Of a DNA stretch of 64,000 bases, positions 28,895 to 39,227 are shown piece by piece; the stretch's first letter is position 1, and each line of letters starts with the position of its first letter. The notes under the pieces are model-generated. The model made no database searches. It was not told the DNA's origin and saw only the letters and a program-made list of their open reading frames with translations. This stretch comes from Syntrophaceae bacterium (GTDB lineage: Bacteria; Desulfobacterota; Syntrophia; Syntrophales; UBA2185), in NCBI GenBank assembly GCA_003153775.1, contig PMBI01000050.1, forward strand, positions 127,325 through 191,324, in the 5' to 3' direction. A program made the position numbers and the translations under genes.

Positions 28895-29437
28895 TCAGTC
28901 TTTGAGGTTTTCTACGTTCTCACCGAAAGGCTTTGCCGCCAGTTCATTCTTGTCGGATAGGACAAGGTCCGCTGCAATTCCGGCCGCATCGGTGATGACA
29001 TCACGACAGTAGAGCGCGTGTTCCTTGCACAGCCAGGTGGTCTGCCACGGCACTGTCAATTCCCTGCACAGGGTCTTTCCATATTTCGCCTTGAAGCGGT
29101 TGGGTACCACATTGAATATCCTGTAGACGCCGGGCTTCCCGTAGAACTGGGCCTTCGACTTCATTGCCACGTCCTTTTGATCTGTTCCTTCAGGGAGTGT
29201 ATCCCTGCCGTGGACGGCGCTCACAGCCATTACGGCCCCCGCCAGGGCGCCGCAGGTGTCTCCGAAAAGCCCTATGCCGCCGCCAAACCCGGTTGCAACT
29301 TTCTTGACTGCAGGAGGCAGTCCCGTATCCACCAAGCTTAGAACCGCTTCGGTGACACATTCTGCGCAATTGTACCCTAAAGAAAAATTCTTGCGGGCAC
29401 GCTGACGGATTTCCTCGATCTTCTCCTCTTTTGTCAT
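28895..29437 (-). CDS. C_GCAxxG_C_C family protein
   Basis: GYNCAECV, GDTCGALAGAVMAV, and C-terminal Cys residues. Confidence 0.75.
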   Translation of the reverse strand: MTKEEKIEEIRQRARKNFSLGYNCAECVTEAVLSLVDTGLPPAVKKVATGFGGGIGLFGDTCGALAGAVMAVSAVHGRDTLPEGTDQKDVAMKSKAQFYGKPGVYRIFNVVPNRFKAKYGKTLCRELTVPWQTTWLCKEHALYCRDVITDAAGIAADLVLSDKNELAAKPFGENVENLKD

Positions 29438-29649
29438 TGATTCTCCCTCCTTTTTTAAGAAATATTTCTAAGACAATTTTCTTGAGCACATTTCCGCGAT
29501 AGCCGCGTCCCGGAGAAACATATAAAGCCGGAGCGCATATTCAAAGATGGATAATAGCACCATCTATTTGATGAAATAGCAATACGGAAAATTTACGTAA
29601 AGTATACGTATTTTTTATAAGTAGTCAATGAAATCGGGAAGGCCTAAGA

Positions 29650-30930
29650 CTACAGAGACAGAAGATATGATCTCAAGTTTGCCTTTCTCTGGTTCAAATT
29701 CAACTTTCTTCTAATATGATCCCTATGCACTTCGATTGTCCTCGCTGACGCATTCAACAGTCTCGCTATTTCTTTTGTCGAGCGTCCCTCTTTTATAAAA
29801 TTGATGACTTTGATCTCCGTCGGTGTGAGATTGGGATATTTCGAAGAGAGGGTGCGAAGAAACGGGGAAACGATTTCATTCAGATTTCTCTCGAGTATTC
29901 TTAATTGATTCAATTGATGACTGTCAACATGGGTGATCTTCAGGTTCTCGATATACGGCAGGACGAGTTCCCTCATATTGCAAGTTACTTTGTCCTCCAG
30001 TTCAGCCCTGTCTTCTTCCCTGCGCTTAAGGAGGACAGTCAGGGCCGTATTCGCATCTTCCAGATTCCGGGATTGCTCTTCCAGTTCCCGCTCTCTTTTT
30101 TTCAAGGCCTCTTCCATCTTCTTGCGTTCGGTAATATTACGGGCAATGCCATGAATCGAAACCTGTCTGCCATTTTCCCTCATGATACGGGCGTTAACCT
30201 CCACCCAGACTGCTTCACCGCCTTTTGTATAGGTAAGGAATTCCTGAGGGCTTTGCACTTCTGTATCGCCTGCTTTCTGGCGAATGAGCTTGCGGACAAC
30301 GGGCAGATAATCCTGATCCAAGAGATTCTCTATATTGAGTCCCACAAGCCGTCCAGGCTCGTAGCCGTATGTCTTGGAAGCGGCGGCATTGCAGGATAAT
30401 ATCTTGCCGTCGAAATCAAGTATGAAAATTATGTCATTGGCATTTTCGAAGAGCTCCCGGTACTTCTGCTCTGACTGGCGCAGCGCTTCCTGGGCCCGCC
30501 GTCTTTCAGTTATATCTGTAACAATCTCGACTATACCGATAAGAGATTCTTCCTCATCTCGTACTGGATAGCTGCGCAAAACCCAGTTTTTCGTGTATGA
30601 TGAAAAATCAATTACCTCTTGAGGCTTCCCGGTTTTCAGGGTTCTTGTAGCCGGACAAACACGGCATGCTTTACTTCTGTTATGAAGACCGTGATAGCAG
30701 TGTTTTCCGTTCAATTGGCCGGGTGCCAGCTTAAAGGCATCATGCATAGCCTTATTGGCCCAGATAACTTTCAAATCCGTGTCGAGATACAATACTAGCT
30801 CCGTCATGGCGTCGAGTATGACCGATTTTTCCTGCTCTGATTTGCTCAGCTTTTCAAACAGCCGGAGGTATTTTTTTTCGATTTGACGGCCCTTGGGATT
30901 TGGGCTGTCAGGCGCGGTTATTTTTTTCAT
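29650..30930 (-). CDS. PAS-domain LuxR-family transcriptional regulator
   Basis: Two PAS-like regions, a coiled coil, and the C-terminal HTH STKEIARLLNASARTIEVHRDHIRRKLNL. Confidence 0.8.
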   Translation of the reverse strand: MKKITAPDSPNPKGRQIEKKYLRLFEKLSKSEQEKSVILDAMTELVLYLDTDLKVIWANKAMHDAFKLAPGQLNGKHCYHGLHNRSKACRVCPATRTLKTGKPQEVIDFSSYTKNWVLRSYPVRDEEESLIGIVEIVTDITERRRAQEALRQSEQKYRELFENANDIIFILDFDGKILSCNAAASKTYGYEPGRLVGLNIENLLDQDYLPVVRKLIRQKAGDTEVQSPQEFLTYTKGGEAVWVEVNARIMRENGRQVSIHGIARNITERKKMEEALKKRERELEEQSRNLEDANTALTVLLKRREEDRAELEDKVTCNMRELVLPYIENLKITHVDSHQLNQLRILERNLNEIVSPFLRTLSSKYPNLTPTEIKVINFIKEGRSTKEIARLLNASARTIEVHRDHIRRKLNLNQRKANLRSYLLSL

Positions 30931-30942
30931 CCATACCTCTGA

Positions 30943-31968
30943 TTACAGCGGCTTTTCGTCCGGCAATTTTTCGCCTAAGGCGAGTCGGCAGATGTCGCTG
31001 ATCATGAAATTTTTCATGCCCGCATCACGCACCTTCTTATTCAGGGTTGCGAAGCACATGGCACAGAGATAGACCATCGCCTCGGCGCCGTGATCCTTCG
31101 CATCCTTGATGTTCTTCTCCCGGAAGGGCTCGAAGTTCTTTCCCCTCGGGAAGAGCTTCAGCCCCGGGCCCGCCACCTCCACGCCGCAGCATATGGCATC
31201 GATGCCGTCGTACTGCCGTTTCACCCGCTCCACCCCGATGAGGTCGAAGATTTCGTCCACCAGGTAATCCTTCTCAGGCGTGTACCGGGAGGCGCATGGA
31301 CGCTGGTAGGCAGCCTTCATATTCAGCTTCCTGACCTTGCCTCTATTTTCCTTGAGATAGTCCCTCAGATATTCAAACAGGTGAACCGTCCGAAAAGGAA
31401 CCTTGATGCCGTATTCGGGTGCAACACCTTTAAGCGCTGCGTAGCAGTCGTCGTGCACGAAGATGATTTCCTTCGCCCCGGACTTTGCCAGGTTGTCCAC
31501 CATGGCCTGCAGACGATTGACCATCACCGACTCGTCCCCCATGTGAGCGAAGAGGACATTGCAGAAGTAGTGCTTCCCTTTGAGGAGCGGCATCGTCTCG
31601 AATAGCTGTCCCTGAATCGCCCAGGGCATGTTGCCCTGCATAACGCAGATGGACATTACCCGGTCTTTGGGCGCCACCGGTTTCGGCTCGCCTTCCGGCT
31701 TAAATCTTTCAGCCATCTGCGCCTTCAGCGCCGGGTCAGTGAAAGTGCCGTCTTCTTCCAGCCGTTTGAGGATCAAGTCGAAGGGACGGGCGCCCTTTGG
31801 GCAATATTCGTTGCAGGCGATGCAGGTCACACAGTCCTTGAGCCACGCAACCTTTTCGCCCTGCACAAGTTTCCTAAATTCCCGGCTTCCGTTTTTCCTG
31901 TCGAAATCCAGGTAGCGGCATAGATTGAGACACTCACCGCAATAATCGCATTTATCTTCGTGAAACAT
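30943..31968 (-). CDS. HdrD/GlpC-like Fe-S oxidoreductase (2x[4Fe-4S] ferredoxin plus CCG domain)
   Basis: CDYCGECLNLCRY, CVTCIACNEYCPKG, and the CCG motif ICCGVEVAG. Confidence 0.75.
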   Translation of the reverse strand: MFHEDKCDYCGECLNLCRYLDFDRKNGSREFRKLVQGEKVAWLKDCVTCIACNEYCPKGARPFDLILKRLEEDGTFTDPALKAQMAERFKPEGEPKPVAPKDRVMSICVMQGNMPWAIQGQLFETMPLLKGKHYFCNVLFAHMGDESVMVNRLQAMVDNLAKSGAKEIIFVHDDCYAALKGVAPEYGIKVPFRTVHLFEYLRDYLKENRGKVRKLNMKAAYQRPCASRYTPEKDYLVDEIFDLIGVERVKRQYDGIDAICCGVEVAGPGLKLFPRGKNFEPFREKNIKDAKDHGAEAMVYLCAMCFATLNKKVRDAGMKNFMISDICRLALGEKLPDEKPL

Positions 31969-32034
31969 AGATTCTCCTTACTAATCTTATTCTTGTGCCC
32001 CAATCTGTGACAAGTTGTTGCACCTTGAGGCCAC

Positions 32035-32313
32035 TTAAGTTGTTGAGTTATTTTCTATCAAAAAAAGGTCTCTGGCAATAGCATTTTTATCCCTGCCTTC
32101 AACGGGTATGCCACGTGTCTCCGCCTCGGCAACGAGAAGATCCCAGGGCATTTCTTGAAGGAGCGGATAGCTATGAATGGGCGACTTGAAGTACTGCTCA
32201 AGACGTTCACGCTTCATTTCTTCTTCATCACGTGTCTTAGTTGAAGCAAGACCAAGAAATAATTTTATAATTTTTTTTGTGAACATATCACGACGACTGA
32301 TTCTATCAAACAT
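32035..32313 (-). CDS. Small hypothetical protein with a twin-arginine-like N-terminus (start uncertain)
   Basis: MFDRISRRDMFTKKIIKLFLGLAS, then a charged region. Alternative upstream starts run up to 32445. Confidence 0.35.
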   Translation of the reverse strand: MFDRISRRDMFTKKIIKLFLGLASTKTRDEEEMKRERLEQYFKSPIHSYPLLQEMPWDLLVAEAETRGIPVEGRDKNAIARDLFLIENNSTT

Positions 32314-32453
32314 ATTAATACCTCGGCCAACCGGTCTCTGCTTGGATGCCATCCGGGAAGAAACATCCGCATGGTAAGTGAATATTCCCGGCCCCGCGTC
32401 GAAGGCGGAGCCAGGGAACAAGACACTCATGGAAGAAGAAATCAATAATTACA

Positions 32454-33707
32454 CTACAGCGCCTCCGCTTCCCGCTTTATACGCTTGCCCGGCCAGCCGT
32501 CCATGAACCAGTTATGGTAAAGCATGACGTTTATAAAGAGGATCACCGGCGCCATGGGAAACTGCTGTGGATGGGAGTAGCCTGCCTGCGTGCCGAGGAG
32601 CTGGTGGCTGTACTTATAATATGCCCAGTGCAGACCGACAGCCACCACGATTGTAATTGCTACGCGGATGAGAATGTTAACTTCCGTGCTGAACTTTCGG
32701 GGCCAGTTGTCAAAGTAGAAGTAAAGGACCAGGCCTACCGTAAGTAGGATAACGGCAAGCTCACCGGTATGAAGGTATCGCCAGTCAGGCGCCATAATGC
32801 GCTTGGCTCCCTCAACAGAGACACCCCAGACCATGTCCTGAAAGAACACGAAGGAGAAGAAGAGAATAAATGCAAGGAGCAGGATAAATAGAAAACCCGC
32901 AATGCCCCGCCAGGGCTGTGACCTCACAAGGCGGAATGGATATCTTTCCAATATCGTCTCCGTCAACCATACCGAGACGGTGGCGCACATGATCCAGCCC
33001 ACGTTAAAATTACCGCTCAGCGTATGGAAAGAATTGTACCACCAGGGAAAAGCCGCCGTATACTCCTGCCAGGGGTAAAAGAGAACGCGATAGTGTGGAT
33101 GCATGAAGATGAGATACGCATAGGTAGTGAGAAGAAAGGTTACTGCAAATACCGTTAATCCTTTGGCAGGCTGTTTCAGCTTGTGCCAGGGATAATTTTC
33201 AAAGGCGGAAGGCCAGATTGGACTCAGCCACGAGGCAATCGCGGCCATCATCAAGATGGCAAGAGATGAGTATTCGCGGGAGAAGAAATCAGATAGTCCC
33301 GTTTTTTTCAGCTCCGGCCAGCTAAAATACGGGATCGCCAGTTTCCCGAAAATGTTGTAGTAGAATACCCAGACGAGGAGTCCTGTAACCGCAAAATTGA
33401 TCGCAATCAGAATCAGGCCTTTCTTAAGAGGGTGTGCCTTTTCCATCCACTCCAGTTTGAATGGCCAGAAGTTGAAGATATAGACCTGCCAAATGGCGAT
33501 GATGAGAAGCCAGCGTATGTACATGTAGCCATACTGGGGCGTATACCAGCGGAGGACCCCGCGAGGATCCATGAAAACCCACCAGAGACCCATGAAGACG
33601 GCAAAGGCCAGGAGCGTATCCAGAATGCCTCGTATGACAGGCTGTTTGATCAGATCGGTTAACTTTCGTTCTTCGAGCCACAATGTATCCAGAGCATTTG
33701 CACTCAT
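32454..33707 (-). CDS. Polytopic, aromatic-rich integral membrane protein of unknown function
   Basis: 417 aa, about 10 hydrophobic segments, strikingly rich in W/Y/F. No family recognised. Confidence 0.55.
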   Translation of the reverse strand: MSANALDTLWLEERKLTDLIKQPVIRGILDTLLAFAVFMGLWWVFMDPRGVLRWYTPQYGYMYIRWLLIIAIWQVYIFNFWPFKLEWMEKAHPLKKGLILIAINFAVTGLLVWVFYYNIFGKLAIPYFSWPELKKTGLSDFFSREYSSLAILMMAAIASWLSPIWPSAFENYPWHKLKQPAKGLTVFAVTFLLTTYAYLIFMHPHYRVLFYPWQEYTAAFPWWYNSFHTLSGNFNVGWIMCATVSVWLTETILERYPFRLVRSQPWRGIAGFLFILLLAFILFFSFVFFQDMVWGVSVEGAKRIMAPDWRYLHTGELAVILLTVGLVLYFYFDNWPRKFSTEVNILIRVAITIVVAVGLHWAYYKYSHQLLGTQAGYSHPQQFPMAPVILFINVMLYHNWFMDGWPGKRIKREAEAL

Positions 33708-33728
33708 TTTATCACCTCCCTTATCTAA

Positions 33729-34820
33729 TTAAGTGATGACCAGTTCATCCCCGTTACCAAGGTAGATGTCCCGCTTACTCATGTGACGGGCAGTACCCTT
33801 GACGACAGGGAGGCCGGCTTTGATCATTTTCTCGGCTGTGATAAAGCCGGTACAGTGATTGCACCCTATTTTCTGTACGCCATACTTGTTGAAGGCCATA
33901 ATAAGATCATCGTATTGGGGATCCCAATCCTCAAAAGGCGAGATGTGAAGGCCACCCTGCACGGCGTATATCTTTTCTCCTCCGACGATCTTCTTTCTCA
34001 CTTCCTCCATGTAGCTGATTATACCCTGATGACAGCATCCGGTCACCAAGACGATACCCTTGTCCTTCACGTTAAAGACAAAGGCCTGTTCGCCGAAGAC
34101 CCGGAGTATGATGGGTACGTCGAAGGTCATAAGGGCAATCCCGGGATATAGGACATTAACCTGCTTGGAATCGAGAACAGTGACTTTTCCCTTGTGTGGA
34201 TGATCATTCTTTACATTGGCTTTCGGGAAGCTCTTCCCTTTTAAAAGATCAAATCCATCCTGATAGAAACCCTTGGGCACATACATAGGTATATCGGGAT
34301 AATGCCGCATGGTGGATTCAATACCAAAAAAATGATCGATGTGCTCGTGGGAAATCACCTGGAAATCTATCTCCTTTTTGGCGAGCTTTTCGGCGATTCC
34401 CTCTTCCTTGAATCTCTTGTCCATCCAATGGGGATTCCATCCTGAGTCCAGAAGGATTTTCATGACCTTCCCATCCATGAGCTCCGCCTCGATATAGGTG
34501 GAGAAGCCCCCCAGATTGTCTCCCAGGTAGCCGGCCTTTACACCCTCCCTCGTCCAGGGGATCTCGTATTGATTGACTAAAAGTCCCCCCGCTTTTTTGA
34601 CGTCATTCAGAAAGACATTGTTGTCATACCAGCTTGTCTCCGAGATGACCTTGATCTTCAACCCCTTAATCTGGCCGATATCTACGAGGTTGACTTTCTC
34701 CTTGGGCAGAAGCTGGCTCTTGAAAACGGTGGATGACAATCCCGCAGCGCCGAAATATCCCGCCAGGGTGCCTACGGCCATCCCCTTGACAAAAGAACGC
34801 CGTGAAAAATCTTTTTCCAT
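33729..34820 (-). CDS. Tat-signal MBL-fold metallo-hydrolase (MJ0301-like subfamily)
   Basis: FSRRSFVKGMAVGTLAG Tat motif, SHEHIDHF (HxHxDH), GCCHQG, GGLHI and NHCTG. Confidence 0.75.
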   Translation of the reverse strand: MEKDFSRRSFVKGMAVGTLAGYFGAAGLSSTVFKSQLLPKEKVNLVDIGQIKGLKIKVISETSWYDNNVFLNDVKKAGGLLVNQYEIPWTREGVKAGYLGDNLGGFSTYIEAELMDGKVMKILLDSGWNPHWMDKRFKEEGIAEKLAKKEIDFQVISHEHIDHFFGIESTMRHYPDIPMYVPKGFYQDGFDLLKGKSFPKANVKNDHPHKGKVTVLDSKQVNVLYPGIALMTFDVPIILRVFGEQAFVFNVKDKGIVLVTGCCHQGIISYMEEVRKKIVGGEKIYAVQGGLHISPFEDWDPQYDDLIMAFNKYGVQKIGCNHCTGFITAEKMIKAGLPVVKGTARHMSKRDIYLGNGDELVIT

Positions 34821-34837
34821 TTTAACAACCTCCTTTG

Positions 34838-34960
34838 CTATTTAGCCATAAGCAGCAATTGGTAGGTCAGCACGAAAAGAACGATACCGACCAAGAGTCC
34901 CAACAGGATACCGCTTCCCCAGCCCTTCTCTTTTTTGACCTCCTTAACATCTTCTTCCAT
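34838..34960 (-). CDS. 40-aa single-TM protein (not in the ORF track)
   Basis: MEEDVKEVKKEKGWGSGILLGLLVGIVLFVLTYQLLLMAK. Its stop lies just upstream of the AAGGAGG RBS of the MBL gene. Confidence 0.4.
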   Translation of the reverse strand: MEEDVKEVKKEKGWGSGILLGLLVGIVLFVLTYQLLLMAK

Positions 34961-34977
34961 TGATCAAGCCTCCTTAT

Positions 34978-35838
34978 TTAGTTTTCCAAATGCATTTCTT
35001 CCAGATCACCGTCAGGCACTAAGGCCAGAACATCTTCCTCTCGGCAGACCAATTCCGTCTGGACGATGATCCTCTCTATATTAAGGGAAGGCTCCGTCTT
35101 GATATCCTTCCCGTCGTTTAAGAATCTCACTCCTTCTCCCCGCCAAATCTGTTCGCGATTAACTTCGTATTGATGAAAAGAAGACCAACTCTTTACGAGT
35201 CCCTGATAGATGGAATTGCTGATTGCGAAGCCGGAGTAATTTCGGTCCAGCGCGCCTTTTTTAAGAGACGTCAAAGGTTGACCATCTCCGTTTCTGATGG
35301 TGTGGTTCTGCGTAACGGCCACCTGCCAGCTCGTCTGTGTCTTAAGCCGTATAACGCTGCCTATAGTGTCTTTGAAAGCGATGTAAAGATGGCCGGCGTA
35401 GAAAAAATCCGGGGGTATGATATCCCTGCCGGCGTAGGAGGGCGCACCCGTGCTTTCTGCAAGATCGGCGAATCGCTGTTCTTCGTGGTTGTGGGAAAGA
35501 CTGTGGCAAGGACATCCGCCTCCGGCCGAGGGCGGGGTCTGAAATACATAACTTGCACGACAGAGTTTTTCCAGAAAAGACAATCCTTCGTACCACGGCT
35601 CGTCTTTATCCGGATAGTATTTAACTACGAATTCTGCCAACCAGTCATAGCCGTCCATAGCTTGTGCCCCGAGAAGATCGAGTTCGTATACCCCAGCGTG
35701 CGCTGCATGCCAAAGATACCAGTATGGCCTGTCATCAATCATGTGGCTGATATATCTCAGCCCGGCTGCTTGCCTGAGCGCATCCTCCGAAAAAAGGACA
35801 AGCCAGAAATGGTTCATCATCCCCGCAACCTGCATGGA
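34978..35838 (-). CDS. Hypothetical protein (start uncertain, possible up to 35895)
   Basis: Long ORF immediately downstream of the Fur-family gene. It contains GGGCPCHSLSHNHEEQ. No family recognised. Confidence 0.5.
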   Translation of the reverse strand, partial: SMQVAGMMNHFWLVLFSEDALRQAAGLRYISHMIDDRPYWYLWHAAHAGVYELDLLGAQAMDGYDWLAEFVVKYYPDKDEPWYEGLSFLEKLCRASYVFQTPPSAGGGCPCHSLSHNHEEQRFADLAESTGAPSYAGRDIIPPDFFYAGHLYIAFKDTIGSVIRLKTQTSWQVAVTQNHTIRNGDGQPLTSLKKGALDRNYSGFAISNSIYQGLVKSWSSFHQYEVNREQIWRGEGVRFLNDGKDIKTEPSLNIERIIVQTELVCREEDVLALVPDGDLEEMHLEN

Positions 35839-35851
35839 CATGTCTGCACGG

Positions 35852-36325
35852 CTACTTCGCATTTTTATTAGTCTTGCATTTGCTGCAGAACCCATAAAAT
35901 TGTATGAGATGGTTAATGATTGTGAAATTATATTTCTTGGACAACCCGGCTTCCGTCTTTTTTAAGAGGGCTAACTCTTCATTGATAAAGTCTGCATAAT
36001 CAATGACACGGCCGCAGCCAGTGCACACCAGATGATGGTGGTGAGCCTCTCCACGGCGGCCTTCGGCTATCTCGTATCTGGCCCTGCCGTCGCCAAAATC
36101 AAACTTATAGACCAGACCGGTACTTACAAGAACCTCCAGCGTTCTGTAAACTGATGTCAAACCAATAGCAGGATAGGAGGCATAAACTTTTATATATATA
36201 TCTTCCGCGCTCAGATGCTCCTTCGCATCTGCCAGAACATTCATGATGGCCTCACGGCCCTGCGTGATCCGGTAGCCGTATCCTTTAAGTTTCCCGCGCA
36301 ACAGCGGCTCCTGTCTGCTCTTCAT
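35852..36325 (-). CDS. Fur-family metalloregulator
   Basis: Winged-helix N-terminal domain, followed by HHHHLVCTGCGRVIDY and FCSKCK. Confidence 0.85.
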   Translation of the reverse strand: MKSRQEPLLRGKLKGYGYRITQGREAIMNVLADAKEHLSAEDIYIKVYASYPAIGLTSVYRTLEVLVSTGLVYKFDFGDGRARYEIAEGRRGEAHHHHLVCTGCGRVIDYADFINEELALLKKTEAGLSKKYNFTIINHLIQFYGFCSKCKTNKNAK

Positions 36326-36762
36326 TACTTATTCCCCCAATTGTTAATGGATGTCATTTTCATTTACTCCTTGCAAAAGCGTCTGTCAAGGCTTAATATT
36401 GGACCGCGAGAGTGAACCTTCACGTTAGCCTTCCACCCATCATCAGATATTAATCAGTTGTCTGAAGAAGGGCGCTATCCGAAATGAGTGCAATATTTTC
36501 AGTGAATTTAGTTCACGTCCTGTCAGTGGCAGATTGCTCTTGCAATATTCTTTTTTCTATGGTGAGCTGAAGACCTAAAGTAATCGGCGCCTTGTAATCA
36601 TGCCAGTCTCAAACTGCAACATCCATTTACCGTTTTATCTTTATTCTTGTGTTCCTTTATTCTCATTGCAGATGACCAGCATGAAGATCGCCATGGGTTG
36701 GTGAAGGAAGCCCGCCTTTATGATGATCGCGGGTGAATATGTTTTTAAAGAGGAGTGACACG

Positions 36763-37935
36763 ATGCAAAATTTCATATTCGACAATCCCACCAGGATCAT
36801 CTTCGGGAAGGGAACGATTGCCCGCATAGGAAATGAAGTTAAAAGATTCGGCACAAATGTACTGCTCGTCTACGGACAGGGCAGTATCAAAAAACATGGA
36901 ATTTATGACCAGGTCATCTCGTCTCTTACGGAAGCAAACCTTTCAATCGTGGAATTTCCCGGCGTCAAGGCAAATCCTGTATTCTCTCATGTCCTCAAGG
37001 GGATAGAGCTCGCTCGCAGTCAAAACATCAACGTTGTCCTCGCCGTGGGCGGCGGAAGTGTAATCGACACGGCAAAGACAATAGCGGCAGGCGTAAAGGC
37101 AGAGCCAGGCGACGATATATGGGATTTTTTTACATTCAAAAAGAAGATACGAAATGCCCTTCCTATCCTGACGGTGCTTACAGTGTCCGCCAGCGCCTCG
37201 GAGATGAATCCCACAGCGGTGATTACAAAGGAGGAAGGGGCGCAGAAATTCAGCATCTCTTCTCCTTTGATACAACCCAGAGCTTCAGCCTTGGATCCAA
37301 CCGTGCTCTTTTCTCTCCCCACCGAGTGCAGCGCTTACAGCGCCGTAGACGTAATTACGCATCTGCTCGAAGGATATTTTAACAACACAGAACCCGAAAG
37401 CCCCCTTCAGGACAGACTTGTAGAAGGAATTATGAAAACAGTCATGGAAAGCACGGAGGCTATCCTCAAAGATCCTCAGAATTACAACGCGAGGGCCAAT
37501 ATGATGTGGTCGGCTACACTGGCCTTTAATGGACTGACTGCGGCAGGCATGGGATTGATAAGCCTGCCTGCCCACATGATCGAACATTCGCTCAGTGCCC
37601 TCTATGATATCGCACACGGAGCCGGGCTCAGTATAATATTTCCCGGGTGGATGAAATATGCTGTGCACAAGAGGCCCGCGAAATTTGCCCAGTTGGGCAG
37701 AAAGATTTTTGACATTCGGGAAACCGATGACCTGAAGGCGGCAGTTGAAGGAATCACTCGTTTAGAGCGCTGGTTTTCATCCGTCGGCAGCCCCACATCA
37801 ATGAAAGAGGCCAGCATACCCGGATCTGATATAGATAGAATAGCAGATAACTCGGCGGCGCTGGCCAAGCTGTGGGGATTGAAAGATTACACCCGCGAAG
37901 TCATCGTAGAAGTTTTGCATCTCTGCAAGGCATGA
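36763..37935 (+). CDS. Iron-containing (group III) alcohol dehydrogenase, butanol-dehydrogenase-like
   Basis: AGGAG RBS, MQNFIFDNPTRIIFGKG, AVGGGSVIDTAK and the His-rich metal site HMIEHSLSALYDIAHGAG. Confidence 0.85.
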   Translation: MQNFIFDNPTRIIFGKGTIARIGNEVKRFGTNVLLVYGQGSIKKHGIYDQVISSLTEANLSIVEFPGVKANPVFSHVLKGIELARSQNINVVLAVGGGSVIDTAKTIAAGVKAEPGDDIWDFFTFKKKIRNALPILTVLTVSASASEMNPTAVITKEEGAQKFSISSPLIQPRASALDPTVLFSLPTECSAYSAVDVITHLLEGYFNNTEPESPLQDRLVEGIMKTVMESTEAILKDPQNYNARANMMWSATLAFNGLTAAGMGLISLPAHMIEHSLSALYDIAHGAGLSIIFPGWMKYAVHKRPAKFAQLGRKIFDIRETDDLKAAVEGITRLERWFSSVGSPTSMKEASIPGSDIDRIADNSAALAKLWGLKDYTREVIVEVLHLCKA

Positions 37936-37981
37936 GGAACCGCCCGGGCAGTACATTTATTTACATGAGGAGGGAATCAGT

Positions 37982-39202
37982 ATGAAGCGGTATGGAGATT
38001 TTATCACGTCCGAGGAAGATCTCGCCTTCCTGACGGTAATCCGGAAATACGTTGACAACGAGATGATGCCCCTTCGTCTCAAGTTGGACGAAGATTATTC
38101 CATCTTCGAAAAAGTATATGAGGGCCTCGTGAAGCTTGGCATTCAGAAGCGGGGGTTTTCTCCCGAATACGGCGGTCTGGGAATCCGGTCCGCAACCACG
38201 GTCTGCGCCATCACGGAAGAATTATCCCGAGGGGACAGCGGCGTATCCCTTCATTCGCTTATCATCCCCTGGTGCCTGGCAGGAGCAATGGGCGCGCGCA
38301 ACAAAGTCCTGATGGATAAGTTCATTCCCATGTTCTGCGGAGACACGCCGCGCTGCGGCTGTCTGGCGATTACCGAACCGGCCGGGGGCTGCAATATCGA
38401 AGATGCGGCAGAACATGGCCTCACCATTAGAACCAGAGCCAGACTCGACGGGAACGAGTGGGTGATCAACGGTGAGAAGATGTGGCCCAGCGGCGCCAGC
38501 ATTGCGGACATCTACTGTGTCGTCTGCACGACCGATCCCAACCAGAAAGAAGATGGCATGGCTCTCATCTATGTCCCCAAGGATACCCCCGGGCTTTCCT
38601 TTGGCAAAGCCGAAGAAAAAATGGGCATGAAGATGACTGACGTGAATACGGCTATCTACTTCGATAATGTGAGGGTGCCCAAAGAATACAGAGCCGGCGG
38701 AGCCGGCGTCGACTGGCAGCTTTTCAGGGCCAACATAGGCTGGGGGCGACTGACGAGCGCTCCCATGACGCTGGGAAACGCCCAGGCTGTTCTGGAGATT
38801 GTGATAGAGTATTGCAAGAACAGATTCTATGGAGGAAAGCCAGTCCGCAACCATTCCCTGCAGGCTGCCATGATCGCCGATATGGCGGTCGGCATCGAAT
38901 CAGCGCGCGCCTTTTACCTCTCCGTGGCAACCATGTTCAATAACCGAAAGAAATACGGAAATCCCGGTGAGGATTATCTGATGGCCCGCGCCAGTGCAGC
39001 AAAGGTATATGCGTGTGATGTCACAGAGACGGTCTGTAACAGGGCGATGGAACTCATGGGCTCATACGGATATGCCCGCGATTACCATGTGGAAAAATAT
39101 CTCAGAGACAGTAAGATCATCCAGATCTGGCTCGGGGGCGGACAATTGGGAAGGCTGGACGTGGTCCAGAGCTACTATCCTTACGTTGAGAGTCACAAAT
39201 AA
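37982..39202 (+). CDS. Acyl-CoA dehydrogenase
   Basis: 406 aa with the LAITEPAGGCN, WVINGEKMWPSGA and C-terminal YLRDSKIIQIWLGG signatures. Confidence 0.85.
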   Translation: MKRYGDFITSEEDLAFLTVIRKYVDNEMMPLRLKLDEDYSIFEKVYEGLVKLGIQKRGFSPEYGGLGIRSATTVCAITEELSRGDSGVSLHSLIIPWCLAGAMGARNKVLMDKFIPMFCGDTPRCGCLAITEPAGGCNIEDAAEHGLTIRTRARLDGNEWVINGEKMWPSGASIADIYCVVCTTDPNQKEDGMALIYVPKDTPGLSFGKAEEKMGMKMTDVNTAIYFDNVRVPKEYRAGGAGVDWQLFRANIGWGRLTSAPMTLGNAQAVLEIVIEYCKNRFYGGKPVRNHSLQAAMIADMAVGIESARAFYLSVATMFNNRKKYGNPGEDYLMARASAAKVYACDVTETVCNRAMELMGSYGYARDYHVEKYLRDSKIIQIWLGGGQLGRLDVVQSYYPYVESHK

Positions 39203-39227
39203 CACATGAATATGAGGAGCAATTGAC

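Noticed and set aside
36326-36400. Fur-box-like sequence (TAAATGAAAATGACATCCATT) overlapping a TTGACA-17-TAAATG promoter upstream of the Fur-family gene.
   Set aside because: It matches the 19-bp E. coli Fur consensus at only about 11/19 positions by eye. The regulator subtype (Fur, Zur or PerR) is unknown. This is too weak to call.
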